From the NCBI GenBank assembly GCA_041743505.1, contig JBGTMQ010000021.1, positions 521-64,520 of the forward strand: a DNA stretch of 64,000 nt, in the 5' to 3' direction. Source of the stretch: Candidatus Saccharimonadia bacterium (lineage in GTDB: Bacteria; Patescibacteriota; Saccharimonadia; UBA4664). Every line of letters starts with the position of its first letter. The first letter of the stretch is position 1. The notes under the pieces were generated by a model. The model did not search any database and had not been told where the DNA came from. It worked only from the letters and a program-made list of their open reading frames with translations. A program made the position numbers and the translations under genes. Positions 38,714 to 49,521 of the stretch are shown here, in pieces.

Positions 38714-39934
38714 TTAGTTTCTGAGGCTGGGCTTGTCCCAATCGAGGGTAATCGCTTCCGGAATGCTCACTTTGTGTGGGCTCATTAACAGAAGCCGATC
38801 AGTCTTTGTGGCTCGTCCAATATTATTCTTCCAAATGCGGCTAACTTTGACGCCAAGCGGCAACTCATCGGCAATAATACTATGAAGATACCACCCTTGA
38901 GGCTCGGCCGCTAGTTCCCAAACGGCTTTGGCAAGGTTAATATGTTCATCGTTGCGTCGAACATCTCCAATAACCAAGCAGACATAGCCATCATCAGCCA
39001 CAACTTCGCGCATTTGTAGCAAGAATGCGCTCATGAATTCGATGTAACGAGCCATGGAGCTACTTGCCATAAGGGTATCATCAACGGCCTTTGCCTCTTG
39101 GCCCAGAAGCCACAGCCGTACCCAGTTATATTTTCCATATTTTATAACCTCTAGGTACGGGGGGGAGGTTAATACCAATTTAACTTTCTCTTTGCGCAGC
39201 CAGGCGGGCGCAATGGCCGTGGCGTCTTGCTGCCAGCTCTTACCTCCGTGAATGGGCCGCTCAGGTAAATCAAATCTCTGGATTTTCAATCGCAGCATTT
39301 CAAAAACATTGACTTCAGGTTGAGTTAATCCGTGCTCCGATATATAGCGCCTAACATACGCTGGCGACATCGCGAACGTATTCGGCATACTTATGGAAAA
39401 GCCTCGCGCCTCACCGCTTTTAGTGTGGTTAGCATGCATCGTACCAAGTGCAGAGGCGAGTATGAAATTATCTACAAAGCTATTTACATTGAGCTCCGAT
39501 TTCATGAAGACGAGTTGGCGTAGGGTGTCGGCGCTATAAAGCATTGCGATATCCGGTGGCGTGTTAGAAATATCGACAGTAGCGTCTTTAAGTATGCTGA
39601 TTAAATTATCTAGCCGTTGGTTTAGTTGTTTTTGTGATGGAATATCAAGCTTTGCTTTCGTCAGTACTGTCGCCATCGGGTTTAGGTCACTCGCATAAGC
39701 TTTTCGGTCTAACATTATTGCTTCTAGCGCCGATGTCCCACGTCCCGAAAACGGGTCGTAAATTGTTTCGCCCTGGGATGTTAGCCAAGCAATAAGGTAA
39801 TGCGCTAACTGCGGTGGGAACATGGCGAAATAACTGCACATACTGTGTAATGGGTGGCCCCAGCGCCTTGGTACCACCCGCCAATTCATCGGAATGGCGT
39901 CTAGCGATACTTTTGACTCCAAAATTGTGCTCAT
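38714..39934 (-). CDS. DNA methyltransferase (N6-adenine/N4-cytosine type, SPPY motif)
   Basis: AdoMet motif I DPFSGRGTS and catalytic motif IV TSPPY (LVLTSPPYLEV) with an intervening target-recognition region. Confidence 0.7.
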   Translation of the reverse strand: MSTILESKVSLDAIPMNWRVVPRRWGHPLHSMCSYFAMFPPQLAHYLIAWLTSQGETIYDPFSGRGTSALEAIMLDRKAYASDLNPMATVLTKAKLDIPSQKQLNQRLDNLISILKDATVDISNTPPDIAMLYSADTLRQLVFMKSELNVNSFVDNFILASALGTMHANHTKSGEARGFSISMPNTFAMSPAYVRRYISEHGLTQPEVNVFEMLRLKIQRFDLPERPIHGGKSWQQDATAIAPAWLRKEKVKLVLTSPPYLEVIKYGKYNWVRLWLLGQEAKAVDDTLMASSSMARYIEFMSAFLLQMREVVADDGYVCLVIGDVRRNDEHINLAKAVWELAAEPQGWYLHSIIADELPLGVKVSRIWKNNIGRATKTDRLLLMSPHKVSIPEAITLDWDKPSLRN

Positions 39935-39970
39935 GCTTGTATCTTCTTATACTGAGCTCGGGATAGCAAA

Positions 39971-40465
39971 TTACTCAATTATTGAGATCTCATACTTTAT
40001 GAGTGACCGAGGGTATGGCATTTGAGAGGTAATTCTATGTGTCATTTTCTCGTCTACGACAGCGATAATGTACATAGTGCTGCAAGCTGGCGGGAAAGCG
40101 GCGGCGGCATCAGGCGTTACCATAACTACTCTAGCCTCAGGTTCGTCAAGGGGATTCTCCGTGAATTGAAGCGTCTGCATATAAGCGATTTGTCGCGAGA
40201 ATTCGATAAGCTTCTCAGTGTCGCTATCGTTAGTTGCAGCGCGTTTTACAAGAATTTGATGCATCATTCGCCGCCATCGCTTCTCGACTAGCGCCAATAG
40301 CTCACCAGGCTTTCCGGCTACGACATATTCGGCCCCACCAAGCCGGTGGCGCATATATAGACGCTGGGCTATATCGCGAGCAATATTTTGTATGCCGAAT
40401 ATTTTGGGCCGTTCAAAGTAATTGCCAGGTTCATACTCCCCCTCCAGCGACTGGATTACTGTCAT
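39971..40465 (-). CDS. hypothetical protein, first gene of the MTase-HerA-NurA operon
   Basis: 164 aa, co-directional, 37-nt gap to the MTase. Confidence 0.45.
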   Translation of the reverse strand: MTVIQSLEGEYEPGNYFERPKIFGIQNIARDIAQRLYMRHRLGGAEYVVAGKPGELLALVEKRWRRMMHQILVKRAATNDSDTEKLIEFSRQIAYMQTLQFTENPLDEPEARVVMVTPDAAAAFPPACSTMYIIAVVDEKMTHRITSQMPYPRSLIKYEISIIE

Positions 40466-40480
40466 TATCTACTATTACTC

Positions 40481-40559
40481 TTACTAATAGTTCTCATCAA
40501 GAAAAGCGTAACATAATTATCCAACTATTAGTATCACTAAGTGTTACTAAGACTAATAA
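40481..40559. promoter_or_regulatory. operator-like direct repeats (T/C)TACTAA in divergent promoter region
   Basis: ttactaa at 40481-40487, cactaa at 40535-40540, ttactaa at 40544-40550, actaataa at 40552-40559, between the defence operon start and the XRE gene. Confidence 0.35.
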
Positions 40560-40577
40560 TTCTTTACGCTTGAGTTC

Positions 40578-40808
40578 ATGACGAGAGAAGCATCAGAATC
40601 TAGGTATTTGGCCGCTTTTGGTAAGCGAGTTGCAGAAGTTCGCCGCGACAAAGGCTTCACTCAAGAGTCGTTGGCCGAGAAAGCCGGCGTTACGGCGTTA
40701 ACGATCAGCTACATTGAGCAGGGCCGACAATGGCCGCGCATTGCAACGTTATACAAAATAGCAAATTCACTTGGCGTGGCCGTACAGGAGTTATTTCGCG
40801 GGATTTAA
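40578..40808 (+). CDS. XRE-family HTH regulator (controller-protein-like)
   Basis: GFTQESLAEKAGVTALTISYIEQGRQWPRIATLYKIANSLGV. Divergent from the MTase operon. Confidence 0.7.
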   Translation: MTREASESRYLAAFGKRVAEVRRDKGFTQESLAEKAGVTALTISYIEQGRQWPRIATLYKIANSLGVAVQELFRGI

Positions 40809-41026
40809 TCGGTGGCAAAACTAGGGTACTAAAAAACGGGCTTATGCCCGTTTTCGTTGATAGTTTTTCGCACCTAAAATTATACCTGCAAGTACTCAAG
40901 TTAGGTTCCCCGCTCACAACTATCTATCATTGTTATACCGCTTGTGCATCTAGCATACAACCCGGTAGATTTAGATGTTGGTATTTCAGGCGACGACAGG
41001 CACTAGCGCCATAGTCGGCCCGCAGG

Positions 41027-42265
41027 TTAGAGGTTCGCGCTAGCCTTGGTTTCAACGCCCGAAATTGATAGTAAATATTGGCGATCCTTCGTAAGACTCG
41101 ACTGCAAAAGTGCGAAACCTACCTTCCCGAATTCTGAGATAAGTTCGAGGGCCGTCATATGCCAAACACGGAGCAACAAAATTGTTGCACCTTTCTCAAG
41201 ATCAACCGTGCGTTCAGCCTTGCCAAAATCAAACTTGATAGTTATGGCGGATCTAAGCCTCACGCGGATGTAACGCATCCCTTGAACCGAGTCAAAGCCC
41301 ATCTCGACATCGTATAGCGACTCATCAATATTCATGAGTCCTAGAATATATTGGTGGCTCGGCGATAGCTTGTTCAGACCTGAGGTCGAATTGAAGTCGA
41401 AATATCTGCGTGCCGCTTCAGTGTCAGGCTTATCGGTGTACATAAGCAAATCGTTATCGCTCATGCTTCCATATACTGGCTTGAGCACATCGTTAAACGA
41501 TCTGAAATTAACAGGCGTGCCGCCGAGCAAGAGGATGAGATTGGTCGTCTCCCTCGCATCATCGTCTAACATGTCGTCTACTAAGAGATCGTCGAAGCGC
41601 TCGTAAGAAATGTCGCGCACATATCCCTCAAAATTGACCTTATCGCCGTACCATTCTATAAGGTTGCGCTTCGCCACTGAGATCATGGAGGGACTTATAT
41701 CGATTGCGATATACCTATGAAGAATCTGTTTATCAATGAGATGCCCCAGTAACTCCTTGATGGGGTACGCGTTGCCCACGCCAAGATCGATAACATTGAC
41801 CCTTTTACTCCCCTCAAGTAGCTTATCAATTGCCGCCATATTTGAGCGGATAAGTTCAACTGTACCTTTAAGGATATTGGACGACTCTTCTTGCGCTAGT
41901 CTTTTGAGCCAATTATCCCAATTGATCGCACCGTCTTTCAGATAATTGTACTGACGCGGAATCTCCCCGTGGACATTGAGGCTTGTGATAATATCTAAAA
42001 TTTGGCGGCGGCTGTATATGTCGTAGAACTCAGGCTTCGGTCGAATTATCTTATGATAAAGCGTATTTCGGTACTTCTTGCCCTTTTCAGACAGCTGTTT
42101 GAGAACCAGTATATTCTCGGGCGTATTTGCTATATAGGTACGGTTGTCCGTCTTGTGTAGCTTCAACGCTACCTTGCCCTGTTTCGCTGCATCTATCCAG
42201 TTATGAACTGTTTTTAAGGAAACATGGTAAATGTCAGTCAATTCGGAATGTTTAAAGTGTTGCAT
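41027..42265 (-). CDS. HTH domain fused to EgtD-like (histidine N-alpha-methyltransferase family) SAM-dependent methyltransferase
   Basis: N-terminal HTH (ELTDIYHVSLKTVHNWI), then VIDLGVGNAYPIKELL...YIAIDISPSMISVAKRNL resembling the ELGSGxxxKTxxLL...Y.P.DIS... pattern of EgtD-family enzymes. Confidence 0.5.
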   Translation of the reverse strand: MQHFKHSELTDIYHVSLKTVHNWIDAAKQGKVALKLHKTDNRTYIANTPENILVLKQLSEKGKKYRNTLYHKIIRPKPEFYDIYSRRQILDIITSLNVHGEIPRQYNYLKDGAINWDNWLKRLAQEESSNILKGTVELIRSNMAAIDKLLEGSKRVNVIDLGVGNAYPIKELLGHLIDKQILHRYIAIDISPSMISVAKRNLIEWYGDKVNFEGYVRDISYERFDDLLVDDMLDDDARETTNLILLLGGTPVNFRSFNDVLKPVYGSMSDNDLLMYTDKPDTEAARRYFDFNSTSGLNKLSPSHQYILGLMNIDESLYDVEMGFDSVQGMRYIRVRLRSAITIKFDFGKAERTVDLEKGATILLLRVWHMTALELISEFGKVGFALLQSSLTKDRQYLLSISGVETKASANL

Positions 42266-42312
42266 TTGTAATATGTAACATCAAAACAGCATAGTGCTGC
42301 TTATCCTGATCC

Positions 42313-42864
42313 TTATTTTATATAACCGAGGTCCCGAGCCGAATGCCACGCGATTAAGAGGGATGGGTCAATTATCTCTTGCTTGCGGATCATTTCGTCG
42401 AGCTTTTGGACGGGCACAAGCACCTTCTCAACAACCTCAGATGGGTCATCTAGTTTCAGCTCCGAGACCTCAAAGTCGTCGCAATAAAAAAGGTGAGCAG
42501 CCCAGTCCGCACGGCCCGGGTTTGGGTAGAAGCTAGCAAGCTTGACTAGTGACTTTGGTCGAATTCCAACCTCCTCCCGGCATTCGCGGATTGCAGCCTC
42601 CTGGATATCTTCGTTCGCAGGAGAACCGCCCCCAGGAAGGTCATAAATCCATCGGTTTAAGGGGAACCGGAACTGATGTGTCAGTACGATCTGATTGTCC
42701 GGCGTCTTAATGAGCACTGCGACTGCTTTCCCGTCTGAATGTTCAACTTCATACTTAGTGTGTTCGCCATTTGCTAGAACAGCCTCATGCTCGACGACAT
42801 GAAGTCGACCTTTGTAGGCAGTCTTTTCACTCAATCGTTGCCATACGGGGTATCTGTCAGCCAT
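42313..42864 (-). CDS. NUDIX hydrolase (ADP-ribose pyrophosphatase-like)
   Basis: Nudix box GGGSPANEDIQEAAIRECREEVG. Confidence 0.7.
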   Translation of the reverse strand: MADRYPVWQRLSEKTAYKGRLHVVEHEAVLANGEHTKYEVEHSDGKAVAVLIKTPDNQIVLTHQFRFPLNRWIYDLPGGGSPANEDIQEAAIRECREEVGIRPKSLVKLASFYPNPGRADWAAHLFYCDDFEVSELKLDDPSEVVEKVLVPVQKLDEMIRKQEIIDPSLLIAWHSARDLGYIK

Positions 42865-43023
42865 TGTATTCTTCCATCGCGTATTATGTGATAGGTAGAT
42901 TATAGCAAAAACAAGATGTTACACAAATAAAGTGTATGTTACTTTGAGGATGACATTGCTCAATGCTATAGTGGCACCGGGCAAATTTCTCAATCCCCGT
43001 TCGCACCTTGAAGGAGCACAGTC

Positions 43024-43839
43024 ATGCTCAATGTGTTCAAGCCCGCTGACGTCACCGTCTTCTTGCCAGTAGGCGGACGTGCTACGCGTGCGCTGGAAGT
43101 AACGGCTGACACTATACCTAAGCACCTCATCATGCTCGGCAATGGCCTCCCGATTCTCGAAGTTGCGTGCAGGCAGCTCCAGCTCGTCGGCTTCCGCCGG
43201 TTCGTCTTCTGCACCGGGCACCACCAGGAGCAGATCGCGAACTTCGTACGAGAGGGACTGTGGGTGAGCCATGAAAACGTGGACTATGAAATATCAGTCG
43301 AGTTCGAACCACTCGGCCCGGAAGGTGCCATTTTGGCCGCCATCCGTGACTTCGGCATCACTGGTCAGGCGATGTTTATTGCTGGTGACGTCATGGTCCC
43401 GTGGGATGCGCTCGTCACCATGAACGAGCGACACGCCAGCAGACAGGCCGACATCACTGTTGGTCTCACTAGCTACATCACGGAGCGCACAACAGACGTC
43501 GGCAAGATCATTGTTGATCCCGAGGACGGTCGAGTTGTGCGCGTCCATGGACGCACCGAGAAGTCGGTTTGTGGCGACGATGAGCAGGCACTTACTAGCG
43601 CCGGCCTATCTGTTGTTTCAATTCCTCGCTACAGCGAGCTCTGCAGTGAGTACGAAACGTCCCGTGGGCTGGGCGACAAAAAGCCCTTTGGCCTACGCGA
43701 CGATGTTTTGCCGTGGGCGCTCAGGAAAGGCAAGCTCGGCATCTACGGCCACGATCTTCACGGTGAGGTGCTCGATCTGGGCACTCCCGAGAACATTCGC
43801 TATGGACAGGAGAACTGGAGTGAGTATGTACTCGACTAG
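43024..43839 (+). CDS. sugar-phosphate nucleotidyltransferase
   Basis: VFLPVGGRATR (GxGTR-like) N-terminus. AAGGAG 7 nt upstream. GC-rich. Confidence 0.55.
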   Translation: MLNVFKPADVTVFLPVGGRATRALEVTADTIPKHLIMLGNGLPILEVACRQLQLVGFRRFVFCTGHHQEQIANFVREGLWVSHENVDYEISVEFEPLGPEGAILAAIRDFGITGQAMFIAGDVMVPWDALVTMNERHASRQADITVGLTSYITERTTDVGKIIVDPEDGRVVRVHGRTEKSVCGDDEQALTSAGLSVVSIPRYSELCSEYETSRGLGDKKPFGLRDDVLPWALRKGKLGIYGHDLHGEVLDLGTPENIRYGQENWSEYVLD

Positions 43840-43852
43840 GAGAAGGCCCCGA

Positions 43853-45127
43853 ATGCTTTTTAGTTTCTGGGACGGAGGGCGAGGACACTTCACACGCGAA
43901 ATGACGCTCGCAGCCGAAGCCCACCGGCGAGGTTCGGTGGTAGGCTTCATAACCTCAACTCGCTACGCCGATGAGATCAGGAAGCGTATACCGGAAGCTA
44001 CGGTGTATGTCATCCCGACGCGGCCTCCGCACGTCGGTCCGCCTCCGTACCCGTTCCCGCTGTACTCGCACGCTTTCGGGCATGCGCAGAGGCTTAGGGG
44101 CCTGGGATTCGATAATGTGTCCTGGATCCAGGACACTACCGAACAGGAAATCGAGGCTATCCGACAGTTCCGTCCTGATGTCATGGTCAACGACTACCGC
44201 GACACCGTCAGGACGGCCGCCGAGGTCTGCAGGATTCCGCTGGTCGGCGTCGCTGAAACTACCGGCAACGCTAATGGCCGGAAACTCGGTTGGTGGGTAG
44301 CGCCGCCAGAGGGCACGATCCTGCCGGACTGCCGTTCCAGCTTCAATCAGGTGCGGGAGCGTTTTGGCCTGAATCCCATCAGGGACGAGCGTGAGATGTT
44401 CAATGGGGATATCAACATCATCCCCAGCTCTCCGACGCTAGACCCACTGGTTGCACCTTCGCCCAACTCTTACTACGTTGGGCGAATCTGCCAGTGGGTA
44501 CCCGAGGGTGAGAACGTGCCGTATATCGCGCCAGACAAGAGTCGGCGACGCATATATAGCTATGTGGGCGATCCGACACGCCAGGCGTACGGATACGAGC
44601 AAATGCTGGCTGAAGTCATCCGACGCGAGCCCCGCCAAGGGTTCTACATTGCCGGCAACACCGGCCGCTATAACGGAAAGCTCGCGTCACGAGTCAAGGA
44701 CGGAACGGTCGTACTGGAGGACTTTCTTCCTGCCGACCCCCTTATCCGCGACTCGGATGCCGTCCTCTGTCATGGAGGACAAGGAACGGTCATGCAGGCA
44801 CTTGTCCTGGGTAAGCCGCTCATCTGCATCGGGCCGTACCACAGCCAGATGACCTCCATCTTCCGCCCTCTCGAAGAAGCGGGGGCAGGTGTGATGCTGA
44901 ACTATTCGGAAGAGCCTCTTGAGCGCCGACCGGCACCTGACCTCGGCGATGGGGTGGAAATCTTCGGCTACTGGCGTACCGATCTCAGCGCCGATCGTCT
45001 CCATGAAGCCCTGCTGGATGTCTGCAACAATCCGCAGTACGCCGAACGTGCTACCGCTCTCGGTTTAGAGCTTGCGGCACTAGGCGGGGTCGCACAGGCC
45101 GTGGATCTGTGCGAAAGCTTGGCCTAA
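43853..45127 (+). CDS. GT1-family glycosyltransferase (MGT/UDP-glycosyltransferase-like)
   Basis: N-terminal MLFSFWDGGRGHF and C-terminal CHGGQGTVMQAL donor-binding motif. ORF-track start 43460 is an out-of-context extension overlapping the upstream gene. Confidence 0.6.
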   Translation: MLFSFWDGGRGHFTREMTLAAEAHRRGSVVGFITSTRYADEIRKRIPEATVYVIPTRPPHVGPPPYPFPLYSHAFGHAQRLRGLGFDNVSWIQDTTEQEIEAIRQFRPDVMVNDYRDTVRTAAEVCRIPLVGVAETTGNANGRKLGWWVAPPEGTILPDCRSSFNQVRERFGLNPIRDEREMFNGDINIIPSSPTLDPLVAPSPNSYYVGRICQWVPEGENVPYIAPDKSRRRIYSYVGDPTRQAYGYEQMLAEVIRREPRQGFYIAGNTGRYNGKLASRVKDGTVVLEDFLPADPLIRDSDAVLCHGGQGTVMQALVLGKPLICIGPYHSQMTSIFRPLEEAGAGVMLNYSEEPLERRPAPDLGDGVEIFGYWRTDLSADRLHEALLDVCNNPQYAERATALGLELAALGGVAQAVDLCESLA

Positions 45128-45145
45128 GCATAAAACGGGCCGCAC

Positions 45146-45177
45146 GGCTCCGCTCCTGTACACCCGGGAGCGGAGCC
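45146..45177 (+). terminator. stem-loop after glycosyltransferase
   Basis: ggctccgctcc...gggagcggagcc. Confidence 0.45.
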
Positions 45178-45271
45178 AGCTTCATTCGTATAAGTAATTA
45201 TTTTGTAATTCATTGTAGAAGTAGGTGGGGTTGCGTGTACACACAACCCCACCCTGGCCCCATCGACGTAA

Positions 45272-46492
<1,221 letters not shown>

Positions 46493-46519
46493 TTATATCC
46501 AGCACAGGCAGCTTTTATT

Positions 46520-47521
46520 ATGACAGATCTTACCTCCGAAATTGATTTACTTCATAAAACCATCAAAGATCATACTTTTTATTTGGGCCCTATAGAGATT
46601 GAGCATATCGGCAACCAGGGCTATGCCGTCCACTTAACTCGACACCCTGTTATTCATGCGGCCGAGTGGATATTTTATGATCTTGACGATACATTAGTCG
46701 CTTCCTGGGAGGCAAAAGAGCGTCGTATTGGAAACTTTATTACATATTGCCGCTCACAAGGTCTGGAATTGAAGGAGAAGGATCTCCTACTGATATTTCA
46801 GGCGACCGATGAGTATGCTCGGTGGCCAGAGCGCGAAGAAACAATCTACCATTTTCAGGCGCACGTTAACGGGCTAGGCGCAGCCATTGAACTCGTTGTG
46901 TCCAACCAGTCCAGAGAGTTCTCGGATTTGTTCGCCCTCATTCAAGAATATCTAAATAATAATCCTCACGGGAAGCTGCCTCATACGCCACATGCACATG
47001 CATATTCTAACGACCTGATGAGTAAAGTCTTCCATGTCGTTGTTCGCCCTAATATTTTCACGGAAGTTGCTGAATCAATCTCAACACTTCGTGCAAGGGG
47101 AAGGAACATAGGAATCTTTACATATGGAGAGCCACATTTTCAATTACTTAAAACACTTACGCTGCTCCGGGCATATAAACATGAGTCTAAATCAATCGAC
47201 GTCTCCCAAATTTGGCTAACTAAAACAACTAAGGGGGCTTTCATGCAGACAATGGCACAAAAGATGGATGATGTTCGGGCTCGTAAAATACTACTTATTG
47301 ATGACAATCCAGCTGAACTCAATAGTGTCATGGCCGGCATGCGCGATAAAAAAATTGATATAGCCGTAATGAGATCCTTGCGGCATGGCACTAAGACTAC
47401 CGATCATTCATGGAATCATGAGCTTGAAGGTCATCACATTTTTGACGCGAGAACAACGTCCGTATCTACCGATGAGTTCGTCATGCATATTGAACAAGCT
47501 TCAGAACCTACGCGCTCATAA
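46520..47521 (+). CDS. HAD-superfamily hydrolase-like protein
   Basis: Motif I FYDLDDTL (DxDxT) and C-terminal LLIDDNP. Confidence 0.45.
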   Translation: MTDLTSEIDLLHKTIKDHTFYLGPIEIEHIGNQGYAVHLTRHPVIHAAEWIFYDLDDTLVASWEAKERRIGNFITYCRSQGLELKEKDLLLIFQATDEYARWPEREETIYHFQAHVNGLGAAIELVVSNQSREFSDLFALIQEYLNNNPHGKLPHTPHAHAYSNDLMSKVFHVVVRPNIFTEVAESISTLRARGRNIGIFTYGEPHFQLLKTLTLLRAYKHESKSIDVSQIWLTKTTKGAFMQTMAQKMDDVRARKILLIDDNPAELNSVMAGMRDKKIDIAVMRSLRHGTKTTDHSWNHELEGHHIFDARTTSVSTDEFVMHIEQASEPTRS

Positions 47522-48602
47522 CTACCTCCTGGCGCAAGGGATAATCAACCAAAGCCATCAGCTCGTCGAAAAGTTCGACACTGCGTAAAAACAAAGCAAT
47601 CGTCTCCTCCGTTGCGCCGGCATGATGTGGCAGCATTGTGACAAAATGCAGCGCTTCAGCGTAAAGCCCTCGGATATACTCATCTTCCGTAATCTGCTCA
47701 CGCACTCCGTTCAGGGCAGTCTCGTACGCCTTTGGGCCGTGTACTGAGAACGAGAAAGTGTATGGGAGCGACGCATCCTCAATCAAGGTGTATGCGCCTC
47801 GCATAATCGATCCGTAATGACCGTGTATGCTGTGAAGAATCTTGCCGATGTCATATTCCATCGGCATTACCAAATTTCCATTTGGGTCTATAAGAATCAC
47901 CTCGTCACCTTTTGTCAGGATGTTTCCGCAATGTAAATCACCATGGACCAGACCAAGCCTAGTAGGAGTGAGGCGGTCTAGCAGATACGGTGTTGTTTTT
48001 ATACTCTCGACTACGACGTCTGGAGTAGAAAGCTTTCTCCCGTTTATGGTAACGAAAGTCTGTGTGAATAGATTTTTTAGGTATGGTATTGCATCGGCTT
48101 CCTGTCGACGTTTTTCATATTTTTCCATATAGAAAGCGTTCACCCGATCAGGTGTCGCATCAATATTTGTCTCGTCAAATAGCCCCCGATCCAAGTCGAT
48201 CGCTCGACGCACCAATCTTGCTACGAGCCCCGGATCAACTTCATCGATTAAGGCGAGCTCGTCGACCGTTGAAGAGCCATCCACATATTTTATTAGCAGA
48301 GCGGCATACGAATTAGCGATATAGCTGCCGACGTACTCGCCGCCGGATTGAAAGCCTCGCTGCTTAATATGCTCGTACCAAGCGATTTCTTTATGTGTAG
48401 CCGTACCAAAACCAAACTCCGCTTTTAGAAGTAATCTGGTCCCTGGCTCCTCCTTGTAGATAAAAATAAGTGACGCGGTATTGTGTGTGTCAATGATACG
48501 TTCAAGCTTATCGCTCAATATGCTACTTATAATTTCAGTAAGACTCTTGCGTGAGGACGGCTGGATGTTTGCAAGGCGAGTAAGAATATGAGAAGTAGAC
48601 AT
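47508..48602 (-). CDS. phosphotransferase-family kinase (APH/choline-kinase-like)
   Basis: Brenner motif LVHGDLHCGNIL and DPNG. 14-nt convergent overlap with the HAD gene. Confidence 0.6.
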   Translation of the reverse strand: MSTSHILTRLANIQPSSRKSLTEIISSILSDKLERIIDTHNTASLIFIYKEEPGTRLLLKAEFGFGTATHKEIAWYEHIKQRGFQSGGEYVGSYIANSYAALLIKYVDGSSTVDELALIDEVDPGLVARLVRRAIDLDRGLFDETNIDATPDRVNAFYMEKYEKRRQEADAIPYLKNLFTQTFVTINGRKLSTPDVVVESIKTTPYLLDRLTPTRLGLVHGDLHCGNILTKGDEVILIDPNGNLVMPMEYDIGKILHSIHGHYGSIMRGAYTLIEDASLPYTFSFSVHGPKAYETALNGVREQITEDEYIRGLYAEALHFVTMLPHHAGATEETIALFLRSVELFDELMALVDYPLRQEVVMSA

Positions 48603-48730
48603 ACTTAGGTCTGTGATTATCGACCTAATGTTACCATATTAATCATGTAACGTATGATAATATGCTTGAGTGGCACGCTCGTAAAATCATCAAATAAAGC
48701 GTATTCAAAAACATACGCTGAGGGATATTT

Positions 48731-49438
48731 ATGCTTCTTTTCCTAGACACCGCAAATTTAGACGAAATCAGAAATTACGCTTTTCTGCTCCACGGCGTTA
48801 CGACAACGCCAACTATCATCAAGCGCGATAGCGACATGACAAGCGACGAATTCATGGCGGCGGTCAGGAAAGAATTCCCTCATCTTGAAGTTCACGTTGA
48901 AGCCCTAGCTGAGACCGCAGAAGCCACTGAGAAGCTTATAGTTGATGAATTTTGCAAGAAACCCTGGTATGACAAAGATAAGGTGGTCTTTAAAGTGCCT
49001 GTCTCCGTAGAGGGGTTAAAGGCTACTGCTAACTTAGCTAAAAGTGCACCTAGCGTAAGAATTAATTTGCATATGGTATTTGCTGCCGGGCAAGCGATAC
49101 TTGCAATGAAAGCGAAACCGGCTTACATTGCGCCCCTCATAGGCCGATATGCTGACAGGATCGCCGAGCTACGAAGTAACGGTCGACGCTCAGCGGCAAA
49201 CGATGCTGGTCTTGATATGCTTGGGGAAGTTGTGGCATGCAAGGAATCTCTTGGTAGCGATACACATATTCTCACGTCCTCCATTCGGTCAGTTCATGAC
49301 TTTGCGGAGGCGATCAAGCTAGGGGCCGATGCGGCTACACTTCCTCCCGCAATCATGAGTGAGGCACTTGGGCATCCAATGACGGCTGAGGGCGTAGAGG
49401 TATTCTGGAAAGATCTTCAGAAATTAGGCGAAGCTTAA
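48731..49438 (+). CDS. transaldolase / fructose-6-phosphate-aldolase family
   Basis: N-terminal LFLDTANLDEI and catalytic-lysine region VVFKVPVSVEGLKA typical of short Tal/FSA enzymes. Confidence 0.7.
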   Translation: MLLFLDTANLDEIRNYAFLLHGVTTTPTIIKRDSDMTSDEFMAAVRKEFPHLEVHVEALAETAEATEKLIVDEFCKKPWYDKDKVVFKVPVSVEGLKATANLAKSAPSVRINLHMVFAAGQAILAMKAKPAYIAPLIGRYADRIAELRSNGRRSAANDAGLDMLGEVVACKESLGSDTHILTSSIRSVHDFAEAIKLGADAATLPPAIMSEALGHPMTAEGVEVFWKDLQKLGEA

Positions 49439-49521
49439 GACCCTGCGAGCCCGGTGGCAACGGTGAGCTTGCCGGCTGCTGGAAGTCTATAGATAAATAC
49501 GAGTGTCATGTTTTTGTTTAC

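Noticed and set aside
42919-43272. 117-aa minus-strand ORF overlapping the NTP-transferase start
   Set aside because: Antisense to a gene with clear family motifs. No start context.
43460-43852. Upstream extension of the glycosyltransferase ORF (start at 43460)
   Set aside because: The extension overlaps the NTP-transferase gene in another frame with an Arg/Ser-rich translation. GT1 homology begins at ATG 43853 (MLFSFWDGGRGHF).
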